A DNA stretch of 29,178 nt, taken from IMG/VR virus record IMGVR_UViG_3300010273_000009, positions 1 to 29,178 of that record; one strand, 5' to 3'. Both the position numbers and the translations under genes were made by a program. Of the stretch, positions 1-9,214 are shown one piece after another (the stretch's first letter is position 1; each line of letters opens with the position of its first letter). The notes below the pieces were generated by a model, which was given only the letters and a program-made list of their open reading frames with translations, was not told the DNA's origin and did not search any database. This DNA comes from a virus. Lineage: Duplodnaviria > Caudoviricetes.

Positions 1-2
1 CT

Positions 3-389
3 GAAGCGTATAAAAGGGCTGGTTACGTTGTAAAAAATGACAATGTGGCTGCAGTTAGTGCGAATAGACTGCTAAGAAATGTTAAGATTCAAAAATACAT
101 CCAGGAAAGAATGAAACAAAAAGAGTCCGAACGTATAGCTTCACAGAACGAGGTCCTGGAGTTCCTCACCCGCGTTATGCGTGGCGAAGAAATAGAGGAA
201 GTAGTCGGGTTTACCGAAAACGGCCCTGTAAAAGAGAAAAAAACTCCGAGCACAAGGGACCGGGTGAAGGCGGCCGAGCTTCTTGGCAAGAGATACGCGT
301 TGTTCACTGAAAAAGTCAATGTTGAAGGGAACATGGGCGTTGCAATTATAGATGACATCAAAGAAGATGATAACAATGGTGAAGGTTAG
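3..389 (+). CDS. terS: Terminase small subunit (5'-truncated by window)
   Basis: Frame is open from the window start and reads EAYKRAGY...AAVSANRLL...EVLEFLTRVMRGE...DRVKAAELLGKRY, typical of Terminase_2; lies directly upstream of TerL. Confidence 0.9.
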   Translation, partial: EAYKRAGYVVKNDNVAAVSANRLLRNVKIQKYIQERMKQKESERIASQNEVLEFLTRVMRGEEIEEVVGFTENGPVKEKKTPSTRDRVKAAELLGKRYALFTEKVNVEGNMGVAIIDDIKEDDNNGEG

Positions 390-1635
390 GTTAAGTGAAC
401 TAATAGCTCCATCATTTTATGAGATTCACAACGATATAAAGCACAACCGGTATACGCATTATTGGCTCAAGGGTGGCCGTGGCTCGACTAAATCCTCGTT
501 CGTTAGCATTGAAATCATCCTCGGTATAATGAAGGACCCTAACGCCAATGCAGTAGCCTTAAGAAAAGTTAAGGAGACTATCAAAGATAGCGTATTTGAG
601 CAATTAATTTGGGCTATAGAAAAGCTAAAAGTTAGCGAATACTGGGAGATAAAGCATAACCCGATGGAATTAACGTATCTCCCAACAGGACAAAAGATAT
701 TATTCCGTGGTGCAGATAAGCCGAGAAAGATTAAATCAATCAAAGTTAGTCGTGGTTATGTAAAGTTCATTTGGTATGAAGAAGTTGACGAGTTTAACGG
801 TATTGAAGAAATACGAATCATTAACCAGTCTTTAATGCGTGGTGGAGAGCAATTTTGTGTTTTTTATACTTACAACCCACCGAACCGTAACAATGCGTGG
901 GTAAACGAAGAAATATTAATCGAAAGACCGGACAGAAAAGTTCACCATAGCACGTATTTGACTGTCCCTCGAGAATGGCTTGGGGAACAGTTTTTTATTG
1001 AGGCAGAACATCTTAAAAAGGTTAATGAAAAAGCATATAGGCATGAGTATTTAGGTGAGGTAACAGGAACAGGCGGAGAGGTATTCACGAATGTGACAGC
1101 AAGAAAGATAGATGATGAGGAGATAAAAGTGTTTGACAGGATAAGAAGAGGGCTTGACTTTGGTTATGCTGTTGATCCAGCCGCTTATGTTGTTTGCCAT
1201 TTTGATAAGACAAGACGAAGGTTGTATATATTTCATGAAGTATATCAGGTGGGCTTAAGCAATAGAAAGCTGGCAGAGTTAATAAAGCAAGAAAACAAAG
1301 GCAATAAATTAGTAGTTGCAGATAGCGCGGAGCCAAAATCAATAGCTGAATTGCGTGGTTATGGAATCAACATAAAGGGAGCTAGAAAAGGGCCGGACAG
1401 CGTTGAATATGGAATAAAATTTTTGCAAGACCTTGAAGAGATAATAATTGATCCTGAACGATGCCCAAACACGTTACGAGAATTTTTAAATTACGAGCTT
1501 GAAAAAGATAATAACGGCAATTTTAAAGCTGAATTCCCAGATAAAAACAATCACACAATTGATGCTGTTAGATATGCCCTGGAAGATGATATGAGAGCGG
1601 TAAAACCAATTGTAGATAAACCAAAAGGTTGGTGA
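376..1635 (+). CDS. terL: Terminase large subunit, PBSX family
   Basis: Walker A GGRGSTKS, Walker B WYEE, YNPP coupling motif, nuclease motifs GLDFG, ADSAEP and DAVRY. Start moved to ATG 376, overlapping the end of terS. Confidence 0.95.
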   Translation: MVKVRLSELIAPSFYEIHNDIKHNRYTHYWLKGGRGSTKSSFVSIEIILGIMKDPNANAVALRKVKETIKDSVFEQLIWAIEKLKVSEYWEIKHNPMELTYLPTGQKILFRGADKPRKIKSIKVSRGYVKFIWYEEVDEFNGIEEIRIINQSLMRGGEQFCVFYTYNPPNRNNAWVNEEILIERPDRKVHHSTYLTVPREWLGEQFFIEAEHLKKVNEKAYRHEYLGEVTGTGGEVFTNVTARKIDDEEIKVFDRIRRGLDFGYAVDPAAYVVCHFDKTRRRLYIFHEVYQVGLSNRKLAELIKQENKGNKLVVADSAEPKSIAELRGYGINIKGARKGPDSVEYGIKFLQDLEEIIIDPERCPNTLREFLNYELEKDNNGNFKAEFPDKNNHTIDAVRYALEDDMRAVKPIVDKPKGW

Positions 1636-3080
1636 TGAAGTTGTTAACTTCTCTTGAGCAAATAGGCGTAGGCACAAAATGGCCACCAGAGGGTGAGCTT
1701 GAACGCTTACAACGTTACGATGCAAACAGGAAGCTGTTTGAAGGACGGCATGAACTAGTATTTAAGGATTGGGTGCGTTTGTTGAGGGACGACAAAAAAG
1801 CAACATTAGAAATCATACTCAATTGGCACAAACGGTTAAGTACGTTATGGGCTGACCTGCTTTTAGGTGAGAGGCCAAGGATAACAGCAGGGGAGCCTAA
1901 TTCAAAAGAGCAACAGCAACTTGAAGCTATCATTGAGAACAATGACTTTTTCGACGTTGCTTATGAGGTGGCTTTGGATATTTCAAGATATGGCACAGGG
2001 ATATTCAAGCTTAGATACGATAACAGAGCAATCATCGAAGCAATACCACCAAGCTTGTGGTTTCCTGTTGTTAGCCCAGACAACATCAAGGATGTGCGAG
2101 CTCATGTAATTGCATGGACATTCGATGTAGCAACACCAACGTTGCTAAATAAAGACAAGAAAACCACTTACTTAAGGCTTGAGATACACGAGAAAGGTAA
2201 AATCATGAATAAACTTTTTGAGTTAAAGGACGGTACCATTAAGCAAGAATTGGATATTACGAGCTTTTACGATGATATAGAAGTAGAGCAGCAGACGGGC
2301 ATTGATGATTTTCTTGTTGTTCCAGTGCACAATATCCTCACCAGCGATAGAGTGTATGGACAAGATGATTATAGCGACCTTGACAGTGTTATTCAGGAGC
2401 TTGAAATTAGAGTAGCACAAATTAGCCGAATCCTTGACAAGCACGCTGACCCAAACATGGCAGGGCCGGCTTGGGCTTTAGAGCAGAATGAGTATGGCGA
2501 ATACGTGGTAAAAGGTGGCGGGAAATACTTCCCGGTTGAGCAAGGCGATCCTGAACCAAAATACATCACATGGGATGGACAACTGGAAGCAGCTTATAGA
2601 GAGATTGACTTACTGATGGAGCAGCTTTATACACTCAGTGAGACATCGGCAGCAGCATTTGGTCAACTTAAGTCGGGGCTCGCTGAAAGCGGCACGGCAT
2701 TGCGTAGGCTGATGATGACGCCACTTGCGAAAGTAAACAGGATTAGGATGCGTTTTGACCCTGCCATAAAGAAAGTGTTGCAGTTAGCAAGCCAGCTTGA
2801 AGCTAAATTTGGACGTGGTATTGAACTTAGCACAATAAACATTGCTTGGAATGATGGGTTGCCACAGGACGAAAAAGAACAGGCAGAAATATATTCGTTG
2901 CTTGTTCAAAATGGCCTTATAAGCAGAGAGACAGCACTAAGGAGGCTCTTTGAGTTTGATGCAGAGACATTGAGACAAGAACTAACAAAGATAACAGTTG
3001 AAACAGCGCAGGAAGCCCCAGCTTTGTTTACTGTAAACTTGAACAATCAGCAACAAACACAGCAAGCACAAAGTGAGTGA
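1635..3080 (+). CDS. Portal protein, SPP1 gp6-like
   Basis: About 481 aa after TerL with a TGATG overlap; motifs YITWD, SGTALR and late W(N)DGLPQD typical of SPP1/A118-like portals. Confidence 0.88.
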   Translation: MKLLTSLEQIGVGTKWPPEGELERLQRYDANRKLFEGRHELVFKDWVRLLRDDKKATLEIILNWHKRLSTLWADLLLGERPRITAGEPNSKEQQQLEAIIENNDFFDVAYEVALDISRYGTGIFKLRYDNRAIIEAIPPSLWFPVVSPDNIKDVRAHVIAWTFDVATPTLLNKDKKTTYLRLEIHEKGKIMNKLFELKDGTIKQELDITSFYDDIEVEQQTGIDDFLVVPVHNILTSDRVYGQDDYSDLDSVIQELEIRVAQISRILDKHADPNMAGPAWALEQNEYGEYVVKGGGKYFPVEQGDPEPKYITWDGQLEAAYREIDLLMEQLYTLSETSAAAFGQLKSGLAESGTALRRLMMTPLAKVNRIRMRFDPAIKKVLQLASQLEAKFGRGIELSTINIAWNDGLPQDEKEQAEIYSLLVQNGLISRETALRRLFEFDAETLRQELTKITVETAQEAPALFTVNLNNQQQTQQAQSE

Positions 3081-3085
3081 TATAG

Positions 3086-4474
3086 ATGCCTTTCGATGAA
3101 GAAAAACTCATACAAAGCCTTGTCGAGTTGTATCGGCAGGGCTTTTTGAATGTGCTGAAAGTATTGCTGCAGAAAGAAGCTAAAAAAGCAAGAACAACTT
3201 GGTATTATAAGCAGCATTTAAAGCAGATAATGGAGATTTTAAACCAGCTGGACAGAGATGCTGCGCAATGGATCCAAGAAAATATACCGAAGATTTATCA
3301 ACAGAATTATACACAGGTGCTAGCGTATATCAACAAAATAGGGATGCAAAGGGACATAAACCCGAGCTTTGCGCAGATACACCAGAGAGCCATCGACGTT
3401 ATAGCTCAAAATATGTTCGATAATTTACGTAGTGCCACGAATTATGCAGGACGCCGAATCAACGACTACTACAGACGGGCAGCGCTGGAGGCGGAGGCGG
3501 AAAAGTTCACGGTGGGCCAGACGTGGCAGGAGATGGCTAAAAATCTTGAGCAAAAGCTATTGAGCAAAGGATTGACTGGCTTCAAAGACAGGTTGGGTAG
3601 AGAATGGCGATTAGACAGCTATGCTGAAATGGTGGCAAGAACAACGACAAGGGAAATTGCAACGGCGGCAACAATAAATGCTTGCAAAGAGTTTGATATC
3701 GACCTGGTACAAATCACAAAGCATTATCCTACCTGTGAATTGTGTGCACCGTTACAAGGGAAGGTATTCAGCTTAAGTGGTAAGGATAAGCGGTATCCCA
3801 AATACGATGGTGACTTGGTAAGAATCCCTAAACATCCCAACTGCCGCCACGTGCTTGTCCCTTATGTACGTGAGCTAGATCCTGATGCTGATGAAACGCA
3901 AAAGTACAGCAATACATCGTTGACCGAGGACCCGCGAAGCGAGAAGGAAAAGCAGGCGTACAAAGAGATGCGGGACAAGGTGACAATACAGACTACCAGG
4001 CGGAGAGCAAGGGAAATATTGCTAAGCGATAAGGTATCGTTGGAAGAAAAAGTAAAAGCAGCTGAAAAACTGAAAAAGAGCTATGATAGTACAGGGCAAA
4101 TACCAAGAGGAATTGACGCAAGTATACTAAAACAATATGATGACTTTATCAAATCGCAAAATAATGGTATAATTAACGCAGAAAAGGTTATTCAAGAAGC
4201 CAAAAATGGTGGCAGGCATTCTGGTAAATATAAAGATGCTTCAAATTGGACAAATGGGCAATTACAGAAAGCCATTAATAGCTATGAAAAGCAGGTTAAA
4301 TTGCATGAAGATAAAATAAATAACCCTGCTAAATATGTAGCTGATTGGGAAACCTTAGATGAACGTAAAAAGCAAGGCTTGCTTAAAAAATGGCGAAAGG
4401 ATGCTAATAGAAACGCAGAATTAAAGGTTATTATGGAGCATATTCTAAAAGAACGAGGTGGTTTAAATGAGTAA
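3086..4474 (+). CDS. Minor capsid/head morphogenesis (MuF-like) protein with C-terminal extension, candidate polymorphic toxin
   Basis: Follows the portal; GREWRLDSYAEMVART, CELCAPLQGKVFS and HPNCRH motifs; about 200 extra residues after HPNCRH, the last ~105 AT-rich and basic. Confidence 0.85.
   Translation: MPFDEEKLIQSLVELYRQGFLNVLKVLLQKEAKKARTTWYYKQHLKQIMEILNQLDRDAAQWIQENIPKIYQQNYTQVLAYINKIGMQRDINPSFAQIHQRAIDVIAQNMFDNLRSATNYAGRRINDYYRRAALEAEAEKFTVGQTWQEMAKNLEQKLLSKGLTGFKDRLGREWRLDSYAEMVARTTTREIATAATINACKEFDIDLVQITKHYPTCELCAPLQGKVFSLSGKDKRYPKYDGDLVRIPKHPNCRHVLVPYVRELDPDADETQKYSNTSLTEDPRSEKEKQAYKEMRDKVTIQTTRRRAREILLSDKVSLEEKVKAAEKLKKSYDSTGQIPRGIDASILKQYDDFIKSQNNGIINAEKVIQEAKNGGRHSGKYKDASNWTNGQLQKAINSYEKQVKLHEDKINNPAKYVADWETLDERKKQGLLKKWRKDANRNAELKVIMEHILKERGGLNE
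4145..4173 (+). promoter_or_regulatory. Candidate internal sigmaA promoter inside the MuF-like gene
   Basis: Extended -10 TGgTATAAT (4165-4173), with TTTATC 17 bp upstream of the -10 hexamer. Confidence 0.45.
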
Positions 4475-4679
4475 TGAAGAGATGGGGCTTTTAAAAGATA
4501 TAGTGCGAGAAATAATTCAAAATGCAGATGAAGTTCTCAAAGAAAAAGATGACAGTGAATTTTATGAAGGCAAAATATTAGCTTATAATGAAGTGCTTTC
4601 GATAATAAAGGATTATCTTACAGGATATGACTTAAAAGAATTTGGACTTGATATTGACATTGATAGCAAGTATATGTAA
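4467..4679 (+). CDS. Small acidic protein, candidate immunity protein
   Basis: 70 aa, D/E-rich, GAGGTGG RBS, start overlaps the end of the MuF-like gene; same AT-rich composition as that gene's C-terminus. Confidence 0.65.
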   Translation: MSNEEMGLLKDIVREIIQNADEVLKEKDDSEFYEGKILAYNEVLSIIKDYLTGYDLKEFGLDIDIDSKYM

Positions 4680-4746
4680 TATACAATTAGGATTGGCTGG
4701 GCTTTTTGTTTTCTTGGTCGTCAGTATCGTCATTTTGTGGTACATT

Positions 4747-4782
4747 ATGCCGCTTAGGACCTCATTCCTAAGCGGTATTTTT
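4747..4782 (+). terminator. Rho-independent terminator
   Basis: ATGCCGCTTAGGA-cctcat-TCCTAAGCGGTAT followed by TTTT. Confidence 0.7.
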
Positions 4783-4813
4783 ATGCCTTCTTGTAAGGAG
4801 GTGAATAACAAAA

Positions 4814-5146
4814 ATGGCTGAGAAAGTGAGCAACAAGCCTTGGGGCGATATAAAGGAGTCGGACTATGACCTTGAGCAATGGCACAGGGCTTGTCTAATT
4901 CACCTTCACGACGGGCCACCGACGAGCAAGGAACAGTGCAAATTACCTGTGCGGGAGCCTGATGGGATGTTGAACGCAAACGGTATTGTAGCAGCTGCTA
5001 TTAGAATTTATCAGGTAAAAGCTCCAAAAGAGCTGGTAAGGAAGGCTGCAAGGCGGCTTGTAGCTCTATACAAAGAGATTTTAGAAAGAGAACCACCTGA
5101 AGGATTAGTTAAACTTGCAGGTATGAAACCAAAACAAAGCGAGTAG
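4814..5146 (+). CDS. Phage head-region protein of unknown function
   Basis: Strong AAGGAGGTGA RBS; PW..Y..EQW.RACL...KLPVREPDG.LN.NG..AAA motif recalled from phage head modules. Confidence 0.7.
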   Translation: MAEKVSNKPWGDIKESDYDLEQWHRACLIHLHDGPPTSKEQCKLPVREPDGMLNANGIVAAAIRIYQVKAPKELVRKAARRLVALYKEILEREPPEGLVKLAGMKPKQSE

Positions 5147-5174
5147 GCACTCAACAAAGAGTGCTTTTATTTTT
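5145..5174 (+). terminator. Rho-independent terminator
   Basis: AGGCACTC-aacaaa-GAGTGCTT followed by TTATTTTT. Confidence 0.6.
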
Positions 5175-5239
5175 GCATAAAATCTTACGCTTTACGCTGA
5201 GCGGTTAATCAGCGGGAAAAGAAAGGGAGGTAAATAATT

Positions 5240-5845
5240 ATGACTGATGATATGAATAAGACAACACAAGGCAATCCTGTTGACGCTGGGCAGGATAACA
5301 ATAATACTCAACCAGCGGGCAATGATACTCAGCAGCAACAGAAGACATTCACACAAGAAGAGCTTGAACGTATCTTAGCAGAGCGTCTCAAAAGAGAACG
5401 TGAAAAATACAAAGACTATGATGAACTCAAGAAAGCTGCTGAGGAATTGAAAAAGATTAAAGAATCTCAAATGAGCGAACAGGAAAAATTACAGATGCGT
5501 CTTGCCGAGCTTGAGCGAGAGAAGCTTGAGAGAGAAAGGGAATTTGCAGAATTGCGAATTAGCATGACAAAACAAAAAGTTTTAACCGAGATGGGCTTGC
5601 CATTAACCTTAGCTGACCGCATCTTTGGTGAGACAGAAGAGGAAATCAGGCAAGACGCAGAAGAGCTTAAGAAATTGCTAGGCTTGCAAGCTAATATAAA
5701 AGTAGGTGCACCGACGAACCCTGCAGGGGGAAACAAGCAGGTAAGAACTTTTACAAAAGAAGAAATTGCAAGGATGAGCCCAGAGGAAATAAACAAAAAC
5801 TGGGACATTATCTCAGAAGCTTTAAAACAAGGCTTAATCAAATAA
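5240..5845 (+). CDS. Capsid scaffolding protein (DUF4355-like)
   Basis: KTFTQEELERILAERLKRE, coiled coil and MSEQEK; immediately before the major capsid gene. Confidence 0.85.
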   Translation: MTDDMNKTTQGNPVDAGQDNNNTQPAGNDTQQQQKTFTQEELERILAERLKREREKYKDYDELKKAAEELKKIKESQMSEQEKLQMRLAELEREKLEREREFAELRISMTKQKVLTEMGLPLTLADRIFGETEEEIRQDAEELKKLLGLQANIKVGAPTNPAGGNKQVRTFTKEEIARMSPEEINKNWDIISEALKQGLIK

Positions 5846-5871
5846 CAGCACTATTAAGGAGGTTGATTTAG

Positions 5872-6711
5872 ATGGCTATAACCAATTTTATTCCTCAGAT
5901 TTGGAGTGCAAGACTCCTGGAGAATTTGAGGAAAAATCTTGTATTCAAAAATGTTGTTAACACCGATTATGAGGGCGAGATAAGAAATTATGGTGATACT
6001 GTAAAGATAAACAGCATAGGTCCTATTACGGTTGCTGATTATACTAAGAACACGGATATTAATCCTCCCGAAACCTTATCTGATGCACAGAGAATGCTGG
6101 TAATCGACCAAGCAAAATATTTCAACTTCCTCATCGACGATGTAGATGCCGCACAGTCCAATCCGAAGCTGATGGACTCAGCAATGCAGGAGGCTGCATA
6201 TGCGCTGGCAGACAAAGCAGACCAGTATCTGGCAAGCCAGTATGTATATGCTGCTAATGCGATCGGCGATGACACTACACCGGTTGTGCCAACCGCGACA
6301 ACTGCCTATGAATTGCTTGTTGATGCGAGCATTAAACTGGATGAGGCCAATATACCCAGGACAAACCGCTGGGCAGTTGTCCCGCCATGGTTTTATGGGC
6401 TGCTACTTAAGGATGATAGATTTGTAAAGGTTGGGTCTACAAATTCTGACCGAACTCTAAGGACAGGTGAAGTTGGGGAAGCTGCCGGGTTTACGATTTA
6501 CATCAGCAATAACATTGCTAATACTTCCGGAACAAAATACAAGATCATGTGTGGGCATCCGATGGCAATAACCTATGCAGAACAGATAAGCAAAGTTGAA
6601 GCATACAGGCCGGAGCGCAGGTTTGCAGATGCGGTCAAAGGACTGCACTTATACGGCGCAAAGGTAATCAGGCCAGAGGCGCTGGTTGTCATCACTGCCA
6701 ACAAGTCTTAA
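5872..6711 (+). CDS. Major capsid protein (HK97 fold)
   Basis: N-terminus FIPQIWSARLL, GDTVKIN, C-terminus ADAVKGLHLYGAKVIRPEALVV; 279 aa after the scaffold. Confidence 0.9.
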   Translation: MAITNFIPQIWSARLLENLRKNLVFKNVVNTDYEGEIRNYGDTVKINSIGPITVADYTKNTDINPPETLSDAQRMLVIDQAKYFNFLIDDVDAAQSNPKLMDSAMQEAAYALADKADQYLASQYVYAANAIGDDTTPVVPTATTAYELLVDASIKLDEANIPRTNRWAVVPPWFYGLLLKDDRFVKVGSTNSDRTLRTGEVGEAAGFTIYISNNIANTSGTKYKIMCGHPMAITYAEQISKVEAYRPERRFADAVKGLHLYGAKVIRPEALVVITANKS

Positions 6712-6724
6712 AGGATGATGACTG

Positions 6725-6952
6725 ATGTGGCTTAAAAACAAGCAAACAGGTTTAATATGGGAAGTAGCGGGAGAGCTGGCAGAGAGGCTCTCTCGCTCTC
6801 CTGATTTTGAGGTGGTGGATGAACCGTGGCAATCCAAGTCGGAATCAATTCATACGTTGACATCGAATTCGCAGACAGTTATTTCAGCGAGCGACTCTAC
6901 GCAGACGAGTGGGGCAACGCAGACACAGCAACGAAAGAAAAAGCGCTCATAA
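6725..6952 (+). CDS. Small head-associated hypothetical protein
   Basis: AAGGATG RBS; MWLKNKQTGLIWEV resembles small post-capsid ORFs; the 3' part overlaps the next gene by 127 nt. Confidence 0.55.
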   Translation: MWLKNKQTGLIWEVAGELAERLSRSPDFEVVDEPWQSKSESIHTLTSNSQTVISASDSTQTSGATQTQQRKKKRS

Positions 6953-7338
6953 TGGCCTGTAGAAGGATTGAACGACTGCAATTCAAGGGAATTAAAGCGG
7001 ATGCAGAGAATCAGATATTGCAGTTTCCAAGAGCTTTGCCATCTGTGGGGATGCCTTTATATCCTCGTGAACGCCAGTTCAATTTTGATTACACTCTTGC
7101 TTATATCGTGCAAGAAGAAGTACCCGAAGAGGTAAAACAAGCGCAATGTGAGGAAGCTCTTGCATTGCTCAAATATGGCAACAACACACGTACCAGGCTA
7201 CAGGAGCAAGGTGTAATCAGGGTAGACTTTGGGAGTGTAAGCGAGGAATACGACAAAAGCAGAATCGGCAAGCTGTACAGCAAAGAAGCATTTGAGTTAT
7301 TGCGGCCATATATTGCAGGTGCAGTTGCTATTGTGTAG
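6826..7338 (+). CDS. Head-tail adaptor (DnaT-like domain family)
   Basis: NSYV...ADSYF, KEKALIMA, QILQFPR and VPEEVKQAQCEEAL motifs; synteny. Confidence 0.75.
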   Translation: MAIQVGINSYVDIEFADSYFSERLYADEWGNADTATKEKALIMACRRIERLQFKGIKADAENQILQFPRALPSVGMPLYPRERQFNFDYTLAYIVQEEVPEEVKQAQCEEALALLKYGNNTRTRLQEQGVIRVDFGSVSEEYDKSRIGKLYSKEAFELLRPYIAGAVAIV

Positions 7339-7346
7339 GGGTGTCC

Positions 7347-7643
7347 ATGATGGTGAGGGAATATCTAAACCAGACAGCAACACTAAAAACTGTAATAGGG
7401 TTGTCGGGGTACGGTAAGCCGATAACGGAGGACAAAGAAATTCCTTGCCGATTTGAGATGAAGCGCAAACTTGTTAGGGATAGGCAAGGCAACGAGGTAG
7501 TTTCCGAGGCGACTATGTACTGCATTGAGTCGGTCAAGCCAGAGGACAGAGTAGTTTATAATGGCCAAGAATATACCGTTATTAGTGTGCTGGAGGTAGT
7601 CGATTTGGACGGCAATATTGTTTACTACGAGGTGGCTTTGTGA
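7347..7643 (+). CDS. Head closure/stopper protein
   Basis: About 98 aa, beta-rich, GYGKP and LVRDRQGNEVVS; synteny. Confidence 0.7.
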   Translation: MMVREYLNQTATLKTVIGLSGYGKPITEDKEIPCRFEMKRKLVRDRQGNEVVSEATMYCIESVKPEDRVVYNGQEYTVISVLEVVDLDGNIVYYEVAL

Positions 7644-8011
7644 TGGCAAGAGGTTATTCGCTAAAATGGCGGGGAAAGGAAGCTGTAGAGATTGCCAAAA
7701 GTGCTGCTTTGGGAGCGTTACAGAAGTGTGCAGCAGACCTGCAAAATAAGAGTAGCAATCAAGCACCGATAGATAAAGGCGATTTGCGGGCAAATTGTTC
7801 AGTCAGTCCCCTGCAGGAGGAAGCAGGGGTTTTTTATTACAAGGTGGGGTATGACTTGCCGTACGCAATAATTCAGCATGAGAGGTTGGATTTTAACCAC
7901 CCAAAGGGCGGGAAGGCGAAATATCTTGAAGACCCATACAACGAAAACAAAAGGCAATACGAGCGATATGTGAAGGATGCCGTCCGGCAGGCGCTGAAGA
8001 ATGAGAGGTGA
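7643..8011 (+). CDS. HK97 gp10-like neck protein
   Basis: APIDKGDLR, YAIIQHE and GGKAKYLEDP motifs. Confidence 0.8.
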   Translation: MARGYSLKWRGKEAVEIAKSAALGALQKCAADLQNKSSNQAPIDKGDLRANCSVSPLQEEAGVFYYKVGYDLPYAIIQHERLDFNHPKGGKAKYLEDPYNENKRQYERYVKDAVRQALKNER

Positions 8012-8018
8012 CGCCGAT

Positions 8019-8399
8019 GTGCTGCTAGAGGATATTAGGACATATTTAGAGCAGCAAGGGCTGGGTGTGTTTGGTGAAGATTTGTTTATTGGTGTAATGC
8101 CATCGAAGCCAGACAATTGCATTGTACTTTTTGAGTATGCAGGCGAGCCGATGGATTTGGTAGATTCCCACCTAGAGTACCCGAGCTTGCAGGTGTTGGT
8201 ACGAAATACAGACTATCCTGCAGGCAGGCAAAAAATCGAGGAAATAACAAAAACTTTGCACGGCGTGTCCGAACAGATCATAAATGGGACACGCTATTTG
8301 CTTATTCAGGCAAGGCAAAGCCCTTTCTTCTTGGAGTGGGACGAGAACGAAAGGGCTATTTTTGTTGTCAATTTTAGAATTATCAAGGAGGTCGGATAA
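8019..8399 (+). CDS. Tail terminator / tail completion protein
   Basis: LFIGVMP..PD, YPSLQVLVR and DENERAIFVVNF; GAGGTGA RBS favours GTG 8019. Confidence 0.75.
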   Translation: MLLEDIRTYLEQQGLGVFGEDLFIGVMPSKPDNCIVLFEYAGEPMDLVDSHLEYPSLQVLVRNTDYPAGRQKIEEITKTLHGVSEQIINGTRYLLIQARQSPFFLEWDENERAIFVVNFRIIKEVG

Positions 8400-8401
8400 T
8401 T

Positions 8402-8803
8402 ATGGCGATTGTAGGATATGGCGGTGGGGTTTATCTTGGCGATACCCCGACAAAGGTGGCGGAGATAGCAAGCTGGAGCTTGGATACAGATGCGGAAGAT
8501 ATTGACATCACGTCTTTTGACTCTAATGGATGGAGAGAAAGGATGCAAGGTATAAAAGAGTGGAGCGGGTCTTTTGAAGGAAACTTCAAACCCGAGGATA
8601 CCACAGGACAAGCAGCGCTGATAAACGCATGGTTGAATGGCCAGAAAGTCAAACTGGAGCTTCAAGTCAATCAGAACGTAAAATTCACAGGAGAAGCATA
8701 TATAACGCTTTCTATTGAGACACCGGTTGATGATAAGGCGTCTTTTAGTGTTGACTTTTCTGGTACAGGGCCTTTGACAGCAACGCTTGGGACAGGAGTA
8801 TAA
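8402..8803 (+). CDS. Major tail tube protein
   Basis: WSLD..AEDIDITSFDSNGWRERMQGIKEWSGSFEG...FTGEAYI...FSGTGPL, typical of lambda gpV/TP901-like tube proteins. Confidence 0.85.
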   Translation: MAIVGYGGGVYLGDTPTKVAEIASWSLDTDAEDIDITSFDSNGWRERMQGIKEWSGSFEGNFKPEDTTGQAALINAWLNGQKVKLELQVNQNVKFTGEAYITLSIETPVDDKASFSVDFSGTGPLTATLGTGV

Positions 8804-8809
8804 TGCGTT

Positions 8810-9214
8810 ATGGCTATAGCGGGAAGGATTGGGGCAGTATATGTATTAGATACTGCCCCTTCTAATTTTGATATACTTCCTGAACGTATGGAGCAGGCAG
8901 GCGTTTTGTTTTTATGGACGCTGGATATAAAACAATCTCTGTACAGGTTTTTCGGGGATGGATACATGGAACATGGCAGTGCTATAACCGGTTGGCATGT
9001 GACAGTAGAAGGCTATTGTGGAAATGAAAAGCTTTGGACTAATGAAAATAAAATTGTCTTTATCAAGCTGTTTACTGAGAAAGGCACATCATTGAAAGGT
9101 TTTGGCGGTTATGCTAAATTGCCAAAGCTAGCAGGCAGACCTAATGCACTTCTCAAAGAACCTATTTGCATAGAAGGCATTGGCAAATTGTTGTGGGAGG
9201 TTGATAAAGCATGA
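8810..9214 (+). CDS. Diverged tail-tube-like paralog
   Basis: Similar length to the upstream tube gene and shares MAIxGxxGxVY, WxLD, WxxxxEG, FxGxA and GxGxL with it. Confidence 0.6.
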   Translation: MAIAGRIGAVYVLDTAPSNFDILPERMEQAGVLFLWTLDIKQSLYRFFGDGYMEHGSAITGWHVTVEGYCGNEKLWTNENKIVFIKLFTEKGTSLKGFGGYAKLPKLAGRPNALLKEPICIEGIGKLLWEVDKA

